NCBI RefSeq assembly: GCF_009914755.1
Contig: NC_060927.1
Strand: one strand, 5' to 3'
Source: the human T2T-CHM13v2.0 reference genome, Homo sapiens
DNA length: 64,000 bases
In this document: one piece after another, positions 1-11,989 of the stretch
Layout: each line of letters opens with the position of its first letter
How positions within the stretch are numbered: the first letter of the stretch is position 1
Program-made: the position numbers and the translations under genes
Notes under the pieces: generated by a model
Database searches by the model: none
The model's input: the letters and a program-made list of their open reading frames with translations, nothing else
What the model was told of the DNA's origin: nothing

Positions 1-1271
1 TGATCTCTGTTTTTCACAGATTACCAAGTGTAACTGCATTTCCCCCACAATTTTTTAAAACAGTTTCTGTGGTCATAAAAACTTTCTTTTTTTTTTCCTA
101 TTTGTTAACAGAATTGGCTGAAATTGTGGTATTTAGAAATTTATCATCAGTACATCTGAATTCTTAACAGAAATTCCAGGAAGCCTTGAGGCTTCTGGGG
201 AAGTATGCTTTTTTTTTTTTTTTTTTTTTTTTAGCAAACATACCAGAGTTTATACCTTTAAATGCATGTGGTTTTCTCTGGAGGAGGAAGCAGTGTACTT
301 TTTCAGTGTGTTCCTATTGCTGAAAATACTCCAGGGGAATTACAGGAAAGAGGAGCAGGACAGCTTTGAGTTGCACATCCCAACACTGACTCTCAATTCC
401 TAGACTAAATGGCATAAAATTTTTCTCACTTACTCAGCAATGACTCTTCAAAAGCCACCGATTACATCTCTAGATCTGTCCAGCCAACACAAAACAATAT
501 TTTCCCTATGCCTGAGGGAGGGCAGAACACTTTGCTACTCCTGGAATTTAGCATATACTCACAGGCAGTGCCACCTCCTCACCTGAGGCTGAGCAACCAG
601 AGACCCAGGGTGGCTGGTTACACGTGACTTTGCTCAGTTACACCAGGAATTAAGGACAAAGTTGATACACTATTCCAGGTGTTGCGACTCAAAAGAAAGG
701 AATTTTTTTCACTTAAACCCTCAAACATGGATTCTTGCATGATCTACCAACCACTCTGGCCATGATAAAACCTAATACTCATCCATCCATGTAGTTCTCG
801 AATCTCTATGCATACAGTATATAATATCCATGATACACGTGCACCACATTTATTTCCCAACTATTCCCCAATTTCTGGGCATTCGCTTGGTTTCCAGATT
901 CTTCTTTCCCTCCCTACAACAATGATGCAATAAAATTCCTGTACACAGAATCTTGCATATCAATGCTTTTATTTTTATGGGCTAGCTTCCAAAAGCTGGG
1001 TCATATATGATATCTCCCTGTGTTTTTTATTAATAGAGTTTGCCAGATTGCTTTTCAAAAGTTCAAAGACCACAGGAATGTATTAGACTCCCCCCATCTC
1101 TTCATCTAACTGCAGTGGTGGATATTATCGCTCCTTTGAAATATTTGCTAATTATTTTTTAAATCTGTAATACATATATTTGGTAGATTTGTATTTGGAA
1201 TATATTACAAGCTTGTATATGTCAATGAAAAAAGTTAAAATTTTACTAATTTGATGGGAGGGGTATCTCAT

Positions 1272-1725
1272 TGTAGTGACTGAATGGTGGACCCCCAAAA
1301 CATATGTCCATGTGGTAATCCCCCAAAACTATGAATATGACCTAATTTGGAAAGGGAGTCTTTGCAGATATAATTAAGGATCTCTACATGAAATTATCCT
1401 GGCTTATCTGGCTGGCCCTAAATTGAATGACAAGTGTCCTTATAAGAGACACACAGAGGGGAGACACAGGGAGAAGCGGTGAGGGCCAGGTAAAGATGTA
1501 GGCAGAGACTGGAATTACACATTCATAAATCAAGGAACACCAGGAGCCACCAGACTCTGGAAGAGATAGGGAGGGATTCACTCCTAGAGCCTTCAGAGGG
1601 AGTGTGGCCCTGTCAACACCTTGATTTCAAACTTCTTCTCCCCAGAACTGTGAGCATATATTCCTGTTGTTTTAAACCACCAAGCTCATGTAATTTGTTA
1701 CTGCAGCCCTAGGAAACTAAATATA
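1272..1725 (+). mobile_element. ERVL-MaLR solo LTR, MLT1C-like
   Basis: Begins tgtagtgactgaatggtgg, contains tttgcagatataattaagg, ends gcagccctaggaaactaaatata; 5-bp TSD CTCAT at 1267-1271 and 1726-1730. Confidence 0.9.
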
Positions 1726-2100
1726 CTCATTGTTACCATAAACTTTTGTGTTTGTCTGAAAACTTCTGAGGTTGAGCGTATTTTCATGTGGTTTTAATGA
1801 TCATTTGAATGTGCTTTTCTGTGAGTTAACTACTTATATCTTTTCCCCATTTTCCCTACTGATTCTTATGAATGCTGTGGCAAAGCAGACATTAACACTT
1901 TGCCACATGTTGTAAGACACCTATCTAGCCTGTATTTTTTAGTTTGTTTATGATATGTTTGGTCATGCAATTAAAAAATTACATGGTACAGTATGCTTAT
2001 CTTTTTATCTATCCCTTATTAATTAGCTCTGTATTGATTATAAACATTTCCCTGACACTTGGGGTATAAAATTATTCTCCCAAATTTTCTCTAAAATGTT

Positions 2101-2542
2101 TGTGGTAGGCACAAAGATGGTTCCCCAAAAAGTCCATGACTTTATTGCCGAATCCTGTAAAAATGCTATCTTACATGGCAAAAGGGACTTTGCAGATGTG
2201 ATTAAGGGTACAGATTTTGAGATGGGGATATTATTCTGGATTATCCAGGTAGGCCCAATCTAGTCACCCGAATCCTTGAGCGGCAGATGTCACTATGGAA
2301 GAAGGGTTGGAGAGATGCAACATTGTTGACTTTGAAGATGGAGGAAGGAAGCCAAGGAGTATGGCTGACCTCTGAGAATGGCAAGAAAGTTGATTCTCCC
2401 TCAGAGGCTCCAGGCTGAAACCTAAGCCCTTGTGAAGCCTGTATCAGACTTCTTCCCTACAGACTGCAAGGCCCTAACTTGGTGTTGGCTAAGCCGCTAG
2501 GTTGGTGATAATTTGTTATGGCAGCAATAGCAAATCAATACA
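2101..2542 (+). mobile_element. ERVL-MaLR solo LTR, MLT1D-like
   Basis: Begins tgtggtaggc, contains ttacatggcaaaagggactttgcagatgtgattaag, ends gcagcaatagcaaatcaataca; TGTT flanks both sides. Confidence 0.9.
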
Positions 2543-2931
2543 TGTTTGCTGCTTAATTTAAATTAATGTGTACCATTATCCACCTATCATTTACTTTTGA
2601 ATGTATTAGCAAGTAGGGCAACAACCGTTCTAGATGTACCCTCCATTCTGTTGTACTGATCAATTTGTTTACTCCTTTGCCAATATCCAGTTGTTTTGAT
2701 ATAGTCACTTCTACACATTCAAGTACCTGGTAAAAGACAAGTTAGCCTCTGTTCTTGTTTTGTTTTTTAAATAGTTTCCCTGGGTTTTTATAGATTTTGT
2801 TTTATGTCCTCTAAATAATCATTTCTTGTTGTATCTTATTAAGTCTTTTAAAATTTATGTTGTTATGGTGAAAATTCCATCTCCATTTGTAATTGATAAT
2901 TCTTGTAAATAAAGTATACCACATACAACCG

Positions 2932-3331
2932 TGTCTCAAGGCCTTTGAACTTGCTGTTCACTCTTCCTGAACTGGAATGTGCTTGTCACAGTTGTCTGCA
3001 CAGCAGAATTTGTCACAAACCTCAAGTTTCTGCTCAAATGCCAACTTATTGTAAGTGAAGCCCTCCCTAATCACCTCATAGAAAACAACACACCACTGCC
3101 TGCCATCCAGTCCATCGGCTAAGCATTTACTATACTTCTTCTCTGGCTTTGTATTTTTCCCCATAGCACTTGCCACCATCTGGCTTACCTACTCATTTAT
3201 TTTCCATTACCCCCAACTAATATATAAGCCCTATGCAGAAAATGATTTTTTTCTTTTGTTCACGACTGTACTAGGGACCAGATGAATGCTTATTATTCAG
3301 TGAGTGTTTAATAAATATTTGTTGAACGAAT
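2932..3331 (+). mobile_element. L2 3' end nested in the old L1
   Basis: ggcctttgaacttgctgttc ... ccatagcacttgccaccatctg ... aataaatatttgttgaacgaatg, a typical L2 tail. Confidence 0.85.
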
Positions 3332-3624
3332 GGCTATAAAGAAGACTTACTGATTTTTCTACGTTTATTTTTTAGTCCAACAGCCTTGTCAAATATTCTT
3401 ACTGATTGTTGCACTCCAGTTTTTTACTGGAGTCCTTCCACTCTTACAGGTATACAATCACATCATCAACAAAAAAGGTAATATTTCTCATTTGGTTGTA
3501 TTCATTATGCCAGTTACATCTTGGCCAACTAAAATCACAGGGACCCCTGAAACAAAGATGAATAAGGTTGATGGAAGCAGAGATCCTTATTTGTTTTTCA
3601 CTTGATAAAACAAATACAAAGAAA

Positions 3625-4101
3625 AAACAAATACAGAGACTCCTCCCTGTGTCTAGGCCCTGTGCCATGAATCTTTGCTGTGAATCTTTGCAGTGCCCTC
3701 ATATTTTGAGTCTAGGCTTAGTGAGGTGAGTGTTTGGGCCAAAGGGTGGTCAGCAAACATGATGCCTGAAAAGTGCTTCTCACACTAGACTTGCTCTTGC
3801 TTCTCGGCCGCTACCTGGGCTAGCCTGCTGCAGGAAGAGAATATGTTGTGGAGTTTTTCCAATGTTCTAGTAGAGGCCATCCTCAATCAGCCCACAGCTA
3901 GCCAGCCCCAGACACCAGACACGTGAGCATGCCCGATTATCATCGCAGAGCTGCTGAGATGATCTATAGCTGACCACAGACGTGCAAGCAGGCCCAGCTG
4001 AGATCCCCTGATTCCCACTGTGAGCTACACATGTTAATTATCACTTGTCACTGAAGTTTGATAGTTATGCAACATTACTGGGACAAGAGATAATTGATAC
4101 A
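3625..4101 (+). mobile_element. ERVL-MaLR solo LTR, MLT1G/H-like
   Basis: cctgggctagcctgctg, gaggccatcctcaatcagcc, gctgaccacaga; ends gataattgataca. Confidence 0.75.
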
Positions 4102-4557
4102 TTCTCTTACGTCTAATTTTACTACAAGGAGCCTGAGAGTTTTGCCATTAGAATTCTGTTACTTGTTAGTTTTTGGTGGATAGTCTTTATCATGTTTAAG
4201 TGAAACAGAAGGATACACCGACTAAGTTTTTTAAAAATGGCTGCTGAATTTTACAGATGCATTTCCTACATGTACTTTTATAATCTTTTTCCTCCTTTAA
4301 TTTATTGATTGGACAAATATTTCGATAGATTTCCTAATTTTTAACGATGTTTAATTCCAGGAATAAATTTTTCTTGATCATAGAGTATTCTTTCTTTTGA
4401 GATGGCTTTGGAATGTACTTGGTAATATTTTATTCCAAAGTTTGCCCTTATGTGTATATGTGAAATTAGCTCATATTTTTTTTTTAGTCTGTATTTTCTT
4501 GGTCAGATTTTAGAATAAAGATTATATTAGCTTTGGGAAATGATTTTGAAACTTTTG

Positions 4558-5578
4558 GAAGTGATCAAGGAGCCCAAATACAAGAAAGGACATAAATATT
4601 TGAACGACATATTCTACACACTCAATCTAATAGATTTGTACACAGAACTCACATCATATGAGTTAATAAAATAGATTTCTGATTGTCCATGGAATATTAA
4701 TAAAATATAAATCACGAGGTTAAAATGAACACCTTTTTTTAAAAGTAGATATTTTGATAGGATATAATCTTAGATCGTAAGCAAATAAAATTGATTTTAA
4801 ATAAAGCAATAGCTAGTAAATCTTATCTACTTGAAAAATAAGAAACATCCTTTATAATAGCTGTAAGATTCATGAGAAAAGCAAAATTAAAATCATAAGC
4901 TATCTAGTATTAATAAAAAAGAGAATATGTTCCATCCAAAGTTATGAAACACAGCTAAAGCTATACTCAGAGGAAAAATGTGTGGCTTATAGCTATAATA
5001 GCTTCATTACTGAAGAACTAAGACGTTAACATAGTACTAACCTTAGTAGGTTTCATGAAGAACAAAAATGTAAACCTAAATAAAGTATGAAGAAGGAATT
5101 AATAAAGATAGATGCTGAAATATAGTGGAAAACAAAAATAGTAGAAAGAACAAATACATTCAAAAGCTGGTTCTTTTATAAAATATATAACCATCTTATT
5201 AATATGATTAAAGGAAGAAGAGGGGGAAATACTAGGATTGAGCAAATAGAGAAAAACATGCACACAAAAATGAAAATGATTATTAAGAAAGTACTAGAAC
5301 TAGCCCCATTGTAATAGATGTGAAACCTAGAAAAAATGGATGATTTCTTAGCAAAACAGAAATTAACTGACCCAAGAGGAAGCACTAAAATGTAATAAGA
5401 AGAGACAGAAATGGTGATTAAAAGTCTATCATTTAAATGGGGGGAAGAAGTATCAGGATTACATAATTTCACAGCTGGGTTCCATTTAACTTTTAAAGAA
5501 CAGATAATTCCAATGCTATTTAAACTAGTCTAGCCCATTGAAAAAGACGAAAACCTCCTGAGTTTATTTTATGAATTA
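4558..5578 (+). mobile_element. L1M ORF2 fragment (late endonuclease to pre-RT region), inverted relative to the adjacent L1
   Basis: Sense L1 ORF2 motifs ctaatagatttgtacacagaactc, aaaagctggttctttt, aacctagaaaaaatggatgatttcttag, ttcacagctgggttc; reading frame destroyed. Confidence 0.8.
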
Positions 5579-5585
5579 TATAGAT

Positions 5586-5763
5586 CAGTGGTTCTCATAG
5601 TGTGTTTCCTGGATCAGCAACATCAGCATCAGCATCATATGGGACCTTGTTAGAAAGGCAGATTATCTGTCCTCCCCTGAGACCTACTGAATCAGAAACT
5701 CTGGGGTTGGGCATCCAGGACTCTAAGATGATTCAAGTGCATGCTAAAGTGTGAAAACCATTG
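5586..5763 (+). mobile_element. MER5A-family hAT-Charlie MITE
   Basis: TIRs cagtggttctca ... tgaaaaccattg; core agacctactgaatcagaaactctgggg. Confidence 0.9.
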
Positions 5764-6129
5764 CTGTAGAGGTAGCTGGCCTACATTTTATATACAAAAG
5801 GCTACAGGTTGGGTAGGGGTGGTGGATGTAGCACCAACACCCTAGGGTTGGGACTTCCTCTAGCAATAGAAGTTGCATGTGTAGGGTAAGGTCAAGGGGG
5901 ATTACAATTACAGTATTAATATTAGCAGCTGCTTATATAGTGGTAGAAATCATAAGTGGTAATTGATCCAAAACTAATTTAGACATGGCCATTTGCATAC
6001 TGCATTCTCATTACCAAATGAGAAAAATTATATTTTCATTGTAAAAGCAAACTGGTTATAATGGGTTGGAAGCATTTTAATATATTTTAATAATGAGGTA
6101 AAGAGTTATGTGAGCTTCACACCACAAAT

Positions 6130-6300
6130 TTCAGGCATTTCACATCCATTCTTATCTCATTTCCCTCTGTATCTACCACAAAAAGTATTATTATTAGCTC
6201 AGTTTTTTAGATGAGGACAGAAAGGTTCAGAAAATTTCAGGAACTTTACCAAGAATACCTAGTTCTATGCAGCATTCAAAATCAGGTTTACCTTCCTCTA
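6130..6300 (-). mobile_element. MIR
   Basis: tattattattagctcagttttttagatgaggacag, the antisense MIR core. Confidence 0.65.
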
Positions 6301-6633
6301 ATCGTGCCTTGGCATCTCCTACTAAACTTCTTAGAACTTTTTTTCCAAGACTGGGCTGACTCCCAAGAAATCTGAGTCTATCTCCTCCCCCAATGGGCTT
6401 CTAAAAGTGTTTCTTCCAATAGATAACAAACATACTTCCTCCTCTTGCTAATTTAGACATGTTTCAAAGTAAAAGTCCTCCAATTTTTGTTGTTGTTGTT
6501 GTTGCTTTACCTCAGAAACTAACAAATCTTTACCCAGGCTATATAATAGAAACCATTTTAATATTAATAGTCCAGTCATTTGAAGATTAAGGGCCCGGGG
6601 TTTGCTTTGGCATGCAGAAGGAATACTGGTTAC

Positions 6634-6888
6634 CTGCAATTCTGGTTTTCAGAAGGTTCATAACTGTAATAGATAGCAGCTCCCCCGAATCTAAATTTCC
6701 TGGCACATGCCAGGCCTGCGCTGGAAAGCTCAGATTTCCCTGCTTCAGACCACCCACAGGGAGGAGGCAGGAATCTGTCAACAGTGTGGTCTCCTCTATA
6801 AAGCTGCCTTCCACAGAGGGCTCTGGTTCCTCACAGTGAGATGCAGTGCACAGGCCAAGATGATTGGGTTGTCATAAATATAGATTCC
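6634..6888 (-). ncRNA. Candidate non-coding exon (255 nt)
   Basis: Minus-strand acceptor aattcctgctttcag|GG and donor CAG|gtaacc in unique, GC-richer DNA; stop codons in all three frames. Confidence 0.25.
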
Positions 6889-7789
6889 CTGAAAGCAGGA
6901 ATTATAAATGGGCTGGGGAACAAGGGAAAAATTATCCCAAAGAAAAACAGCATAAATATTCTTTGTATTTTCCTGCATGTATCTGGCTAAAATCGACTCT
7001 AGGAATGGTGGTGGCTGCATCACAAAATTTGCAAGGTGATCAGAACAGCTGATCTCAGGTTTTTTTTTTCTAAGGCATAGCATACTTTGGCTACTGGGTC
7101 AAGAAACAAAGTGTTAGGCTTACACCCTCTGCCTCCGGCCCATTGCTCAAAGTCTTTGAATTGGCACATTACTATACCTTGCAGAATGTGATACACAACC
7201 CTGTAACCACGTACGGTTGGAGTTTGATGAAACTTCTCAAGAGAGCTAAAATCTATCTGGATGTAAACAGTTGTCTCTTTACTTTCCTAAAATTAACTGA
7301 TAGAGTTTAATAATCACTTAGGTAGGCACACTATTTATTAGGAGCCAATTAATTAGTCTATCATATCTGGTTCTAAAAAAAGTCATATTTTAAAAGCAAA
7401 CCACTATTACAGATCATTCTTTTTTTCTCAAAATAAAAAAATGAATCATATGAGAGTTCTTGGCTGTTTTTATAAATATAATAATAAATTATAATAAAAT
7501 ATTAATGTTACTTTCTTACTTGGCAATAATTTTTAATTAAACTAAACAAGTATATACTCACTGATGTTGGCAAGCAAATTTTGATATCCTACACAGTGCC
7601 ATGTGTATGCTGAACACTATCTGAAACCATGAATTAGTTTTAAATTTACTGAAGAGAAATAACATGGTAAAGTCTGAGCTAAAGTTTATTTGTTTAGAAC
7701 ATAAAAGGAACACATGCTCTTTGGAGAAAAAATTTAAACTACAGAAAAGTATTAAAAAATCACTAGTAATGCAACTATTCAGATCTCTC

Positions 7790-8190
7790 AATTCTTATTT
7801 CCTTTAGTTTTTTATGCATCTGTTTTTTATACAGTTGAAATTCTAAATAAATTCCCTTCTTATTTTTTTCCACCTAACATCATAACCGAACCATTTTCCC
7901 ACGCTATAACCTCTTCATAAACAGCACTTTCAATGACTTTATATAGTTCACCATGTAGATATAACATTAAATATTTAACATTCTCCTATTGAAAGATATT
8001 TGGCTGATTTCCAAATACAAATAATGCCACAAATAACTTTCTGTGCCAAAATTTATTTCTGAATTCTGGATGGTTTTTTTTAGGAAATATTTTCAGAAGT
8101 GTTCCAGAAGATCCCAAAATTACTGCTGGAAAGAATATGAATAGTTAGTATACTATTGATATGACTGCAAATTGCTGTTCCAAACCATTT
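7790..8190 (-). mobile_element. Old L1M 3' fragment
   Basis: tttggctgatttccaa, aataatgccacaaataac, tgcaaattgctgttccaaa resemble the antisense L1ME 3' end. Confidence 0.55.
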
Positions 8191-8279
8191 GCTTAAAGGG
8201 TCCTTCAAGAATTTCCCTGTGACTTTGCTCTGTCCATACTCAAAGATTTCTGCCAGGTTCCAGTTGCCTTGAGCTGAAG

Positions 8280-8326
8280 TATAAAAGGTTGCCTCCAGGA
8301 GTTTCAGGCCATTAGCTAATGGCCTG
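8280..8326 (+). promoter_or_regulatory. Candidate TATA + Inr core promoter with a 22-bp perfect palindrome over the putative TSS
   Basis: TATAAAAG at 8280-8287; GCCATT (BBCABW Inr) with A at 8311, 31 nt after the first T of the TATA; palindrome caggccattagctaatggcctg at 8305-8326. Confidence 0.35.
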
Positions 8327-8527
8327 TTTCCATAGTTCACTGTGGTCAAGTTAAGACTATGAATCTATATGGGCAACCACTGAAATAGCTTTTGTTGCCA
8401 TCGCTGCAGCCTCTGTGAATTTTGCCCATCCGGCAAAGAAAGTGAGAGGTTGAGTTTTGAAGAAGGGCAGGCTGTAAGTTGTCAGAAAGGTTGGGGAAGG
8501 GATATTAGGTAGGACTATAAAATAAGA

Positions 8528-8640
8528 ACCACCATGGCACATGTTTACCTATGTACAAACCTGGACATCCTGTACATGTAGCCTGGAACTTAAAATAAAA
8601 GTTGGAGGAAAAGAAAAAAATAAAAATTAAAACAAAAGAA
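8528..8640 (+). mobile_element. Heavily truncated primate L1 (L1PA/L1PB) 3' tip
   Basis: caccatggcacatgtttacctatgtacaaacctggacatcctgtacatgta...cttaaaataaaagt followed by an A-rich tail. Confidence 0.85.
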
Positions 8641-9389
8641 GCTCTAGGCAGTTGAACTTACTAAGGGAGATAGAGTGTATTAAAATAATGATATTATCAA
8701 TAACAATAATGGTTAGAAACAGGCATAACTACTACCAAAGTGCAGGCTTTAAAATTTGGAATTCTATGAAAGAATTAGGGAGGCTTAACAATACAAGGTT
8801 AGGGTGTTACGAAGGTTTTAAGTGTCTTTGCCAAGCCTTGTTTGAGGTCCTACTGTGTAAAATCACTGGTGGATACAGAACATCCCTCTGTTTTGAAATA
8901 TAAAGTAGAGTAGGTAGCTAAATAGGCAGAAATCATTCTGGAATGAATGAAATCTTTGTTATAAAAACAAATAGAGAAAAGTAAATTTGAGGCATGTGAA
9001 AAACTGCCTTGTTAAACGGGAGAATGGAAAATTGTTTTATTAAGAGGTAGATTGCAATCTTTGGTCTTTTGTGTAGATGTGTACTTAGAACTCTATACTT
9101 ACATTTTCAAATTTGTGTTCTTCTTTAAATACACCATAGTTAACACTTTGCCCATGGTATAAACTCAATGAATATTTGCTCAATTTTAATTGAATATGTT
9201 TTCTTTCTATAATTATTTGAATTGGAAATTTTCTAGGTCTTTGAAGTGAAACTCTTCTTCATTTATGGAATAGGTGCATGTTCCCCTTTTGTTTTTGTGC
9301 CTCTATCAACCAAAAGTTCTAGAATCTTTCTTCCTGGGAAGGAAAGAAGTAAACTGTTTATTTTCTTTGCCATTTAAACTGCCATACCC

Positions 9390-10025
9390 ATGCTACTCAG
9401 GCCCCAAACAGAACCTCTGCCCTTGGTGCTCCCTTTGTCTGGAAAGCTCTTCCCTACCCTTTCCTCTGGCTCCCGTTTTTTGGCCAGGTCTAGCTGGAAT
9501 ACTGCTTCATCAGAGAGGCCATCTCTGACCACACAGCGAAAGTGGGTTCTACCTCCTTGTACTTCACATTTTTGTTATTTTCTACCTTACCTCCTTGGCC
9601 TTTTTGTATATGTATTATGATTTAAAATTCCAATATTTTTCAAACTTTATAAGTTGATAATCAGAAATGTTTTACATTGATTCATGCACACACACACACA
9701 TAACTGCAACAATAGTTTGACAAAACAACACGCTTAAGAAGTGTTAGCGGGATAAAGTTTTGTTTCTTTACTCTCTTTGAGTTTGCTAATTAAAGGAACA
9801 ATCACAAAAGCTGTTTGTATCCCATTAACTTGATCTCATAACCCACTAACAGGGTGCAATCCAAAATTTGAACTATTGAGTTGTTTTCTGTCTGTTCTCC
9901 CCACTCCTTCCCTTCAGCCTACAGAAAAAATGTAAGCTCCATGAGGTAATAAAATTCTACTGTATTTGTCTTATTTCTGGTACACAGTTGATATTCAGTA
10001 AATATCTTTTGAACAAATCAATACA
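9390..10025 (+). mobile_element. L2 fragments interrupted by a hAT-Charlie MITE (~9630-9872)
   Basis: L2 motifs tttgtctggaaagctcttcc, aatgtaagctccatgagg, agtaaatatcttttgaacaaat; MITE motif ttgatctcataacccactaacagggtgcaa. Confidence 0.6.
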
Positions 10026-10887
10026 TAAAAATGAATAATTAATAATGTCTTACTAAGTTCATCTTCCTTATTTTGTTATGCTTTTAACTAAAAATAATTA
10101 TTTAAGTTGGAGCATCATTTCCTTTTTTGATAAAAGTATTTTTGGAATCTAATTTAATGTTCAGGGATCCATTAAGCATTTCAAGGAAGACACTGACATT
10201 ACTAAATTGTTCAGCAATGCACAGAATTTGAAAATACACTTGAAAAATAGAACTTTGATATAAACTTGTAAAATACGTAGGATGTATACCACTGATTAAA
10301 TAAATTAAAAAACTCCATTCCCCTATTCAGTGCTGTGTTGGGTAGAAAAGGGGTAAGTGAACAAACAAGTGGAAAAGAAAGTTAAGGAAGAACATAGAGA
10401 AAAGGATTGTTTTGCGCAGACATCTGGCTTTGCTTCCCCAAAGCTACTGAGTACGGGGGCAGGCGAGTGGGCTTGCTACCCTAAATGGGAGCCATATATC
10501 ACATTGGAAGCTCCATGTCACAATTCAATTCTACTTGCAAAATGTTTCTCTGTGTGCTTATTTAAAATCTCTCTTTGTCAATGTGATATTCAATCATGCT
10601 ACTACTTACTGTTTAATCTTTGTGAACTTGGGAAAAAGGAATTCTGTTCAGAATAATGAACTTTTCATGTGACTTATATATTGTTTTCTATCTATAAGAA
10701 TTTCCCATGATAGGAAACGATTTACCAATAACCTTTGCTTTTTAAAAATAAAATGATGTACTTTGATTTCATTTCTTAAAAAGGAAAGGAAAACAGAAGA
10801 GAGAAGACTTCCCTTTAATTCAAAATCTTTCTTTACATAAACAACTACTTCTTCCAGAACTTCAGTGACCACTCATTTGCTCTACAG

Positions 10888-11075
10888 CAGTGATTCTCAA
10901 ACTTCAGTGTGCATCAGAATAATCTAGAGGGTTCCTTAAACATAGATTGCTGGGCCCCATCCCTAGAGCTTCTTTCTCAGTAGGTCCGGGTTGGGGTCAT
11001 AGAATTTGCAGTTCTAACAAGTTTTTAGGTGATGCTGATGCTCCTGATTTGAGCACCACATTTTGGGACTCACTG
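10888..11075 (-). mobile_element. MER5A
   Basis: TIRs cagtgattctcaaa ... ggactcactg; 8-bp TSD ctctacag/ctctaaag. Confidence 0.9.
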
Positions 11076-11083
11076 CTCTAAAG

Positions 11084-11301
11084 CAACGATTCTCAACTAG
11101 GGGAAATTTCATCTCTCAGTAGACATTTGGCAATGTCTGCAAACATGGTGATTGTCACCATTGGGTATGGGGTTTCTCTATTGGCATCTAGTGGGTAGAG
11201 GCCAGAGATGCTGTTAAATACCCTACAATGCACAGGACATTCCCCACCACAAATAATTATCTGGTCCAAAATGTCAATAGTGCTGCTGTTCAAAAATCCT
11301 G
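11084..11301 (+). mobile_element. MER20 (full length)
   Basis: gacatttggcaatgtctg, tggcatctagtgggtagaggccagagatgctg, ctacaatgcacaggaca, ccaaaatgtcaatagtgc. Confidence 0.93.
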
Positions 11302-11989
11302 CCCGAAAAGGAACTCTCTTTCTCATGGCAGGACATTGTTTAACAAGAGTTTAAGTAATAGGTAAAACAAGAGCTACTTATTTCAGAAGCCTTCAACTAA
11401 AGTGGGATGATGTCACAGACATTAATTGGGTGGTGTCTCAAGCAGATATCTATGGTCATCTTTCTCTGTGTCTGTCTCTCCCACATTCACAAGTCCATTA
11501 AGCTTATAAAACACCACACAGCCTAGACACTTACTCACCCAAAATGTAAATGAGGATCTGTGTATGGCTGAAGAGGGATGGGAAGCCAGCTGGAATGAGG
11601 AAACACTTTTATTCCTCAAGGGGCCACAATTACTTTGTCCAAAGTAGATAGAATTCTGACTGAGGAAAATGTAAATCCCAAGCAGGACAGAAAAATGGAG
11701 TTGGAAAGGCTTTGCAGTTAACTAGAAGATGCAATATTTCTTTTAAATACTGTGTATTAATGAAAGAAGAACTTGCTTGACATCTTGGCCAGGGCTTAAG
11801 CAAAATTAGGAGGGCTTCAATGGTTCTCTATGATGCCCTCTCGTCTCTCCTCTCCATCTTTCATAGACTCTTCCAACCATCTATTTTCAGAATTTCCAGA
11901 GCCCATGCTACAAAGAAAACCTGATCTTAGATTAGAAAAAAGAAAGGCATTTCACTAGCAGATGTGACATCTCCCTATCTTTCCCTAAG

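Larger units (their letters stand above)
770..4557 (-). mobile_element. Ancient L1M (L1ME/L1M5-like) 3' portion, interrupted by MLT1C, MLT1D, L2 and MLT1G/H insertions
   Basis: Collinear antisense L1 ORF2/3' motifs (ggtatctcattgtagt, tgaggttgagc-tattttcatgtg, ccattctgttgtactgatc, tatacaatcacatcatc, ttggtaatattttatt) resume after each nested insertion. Confidence 0.8.
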
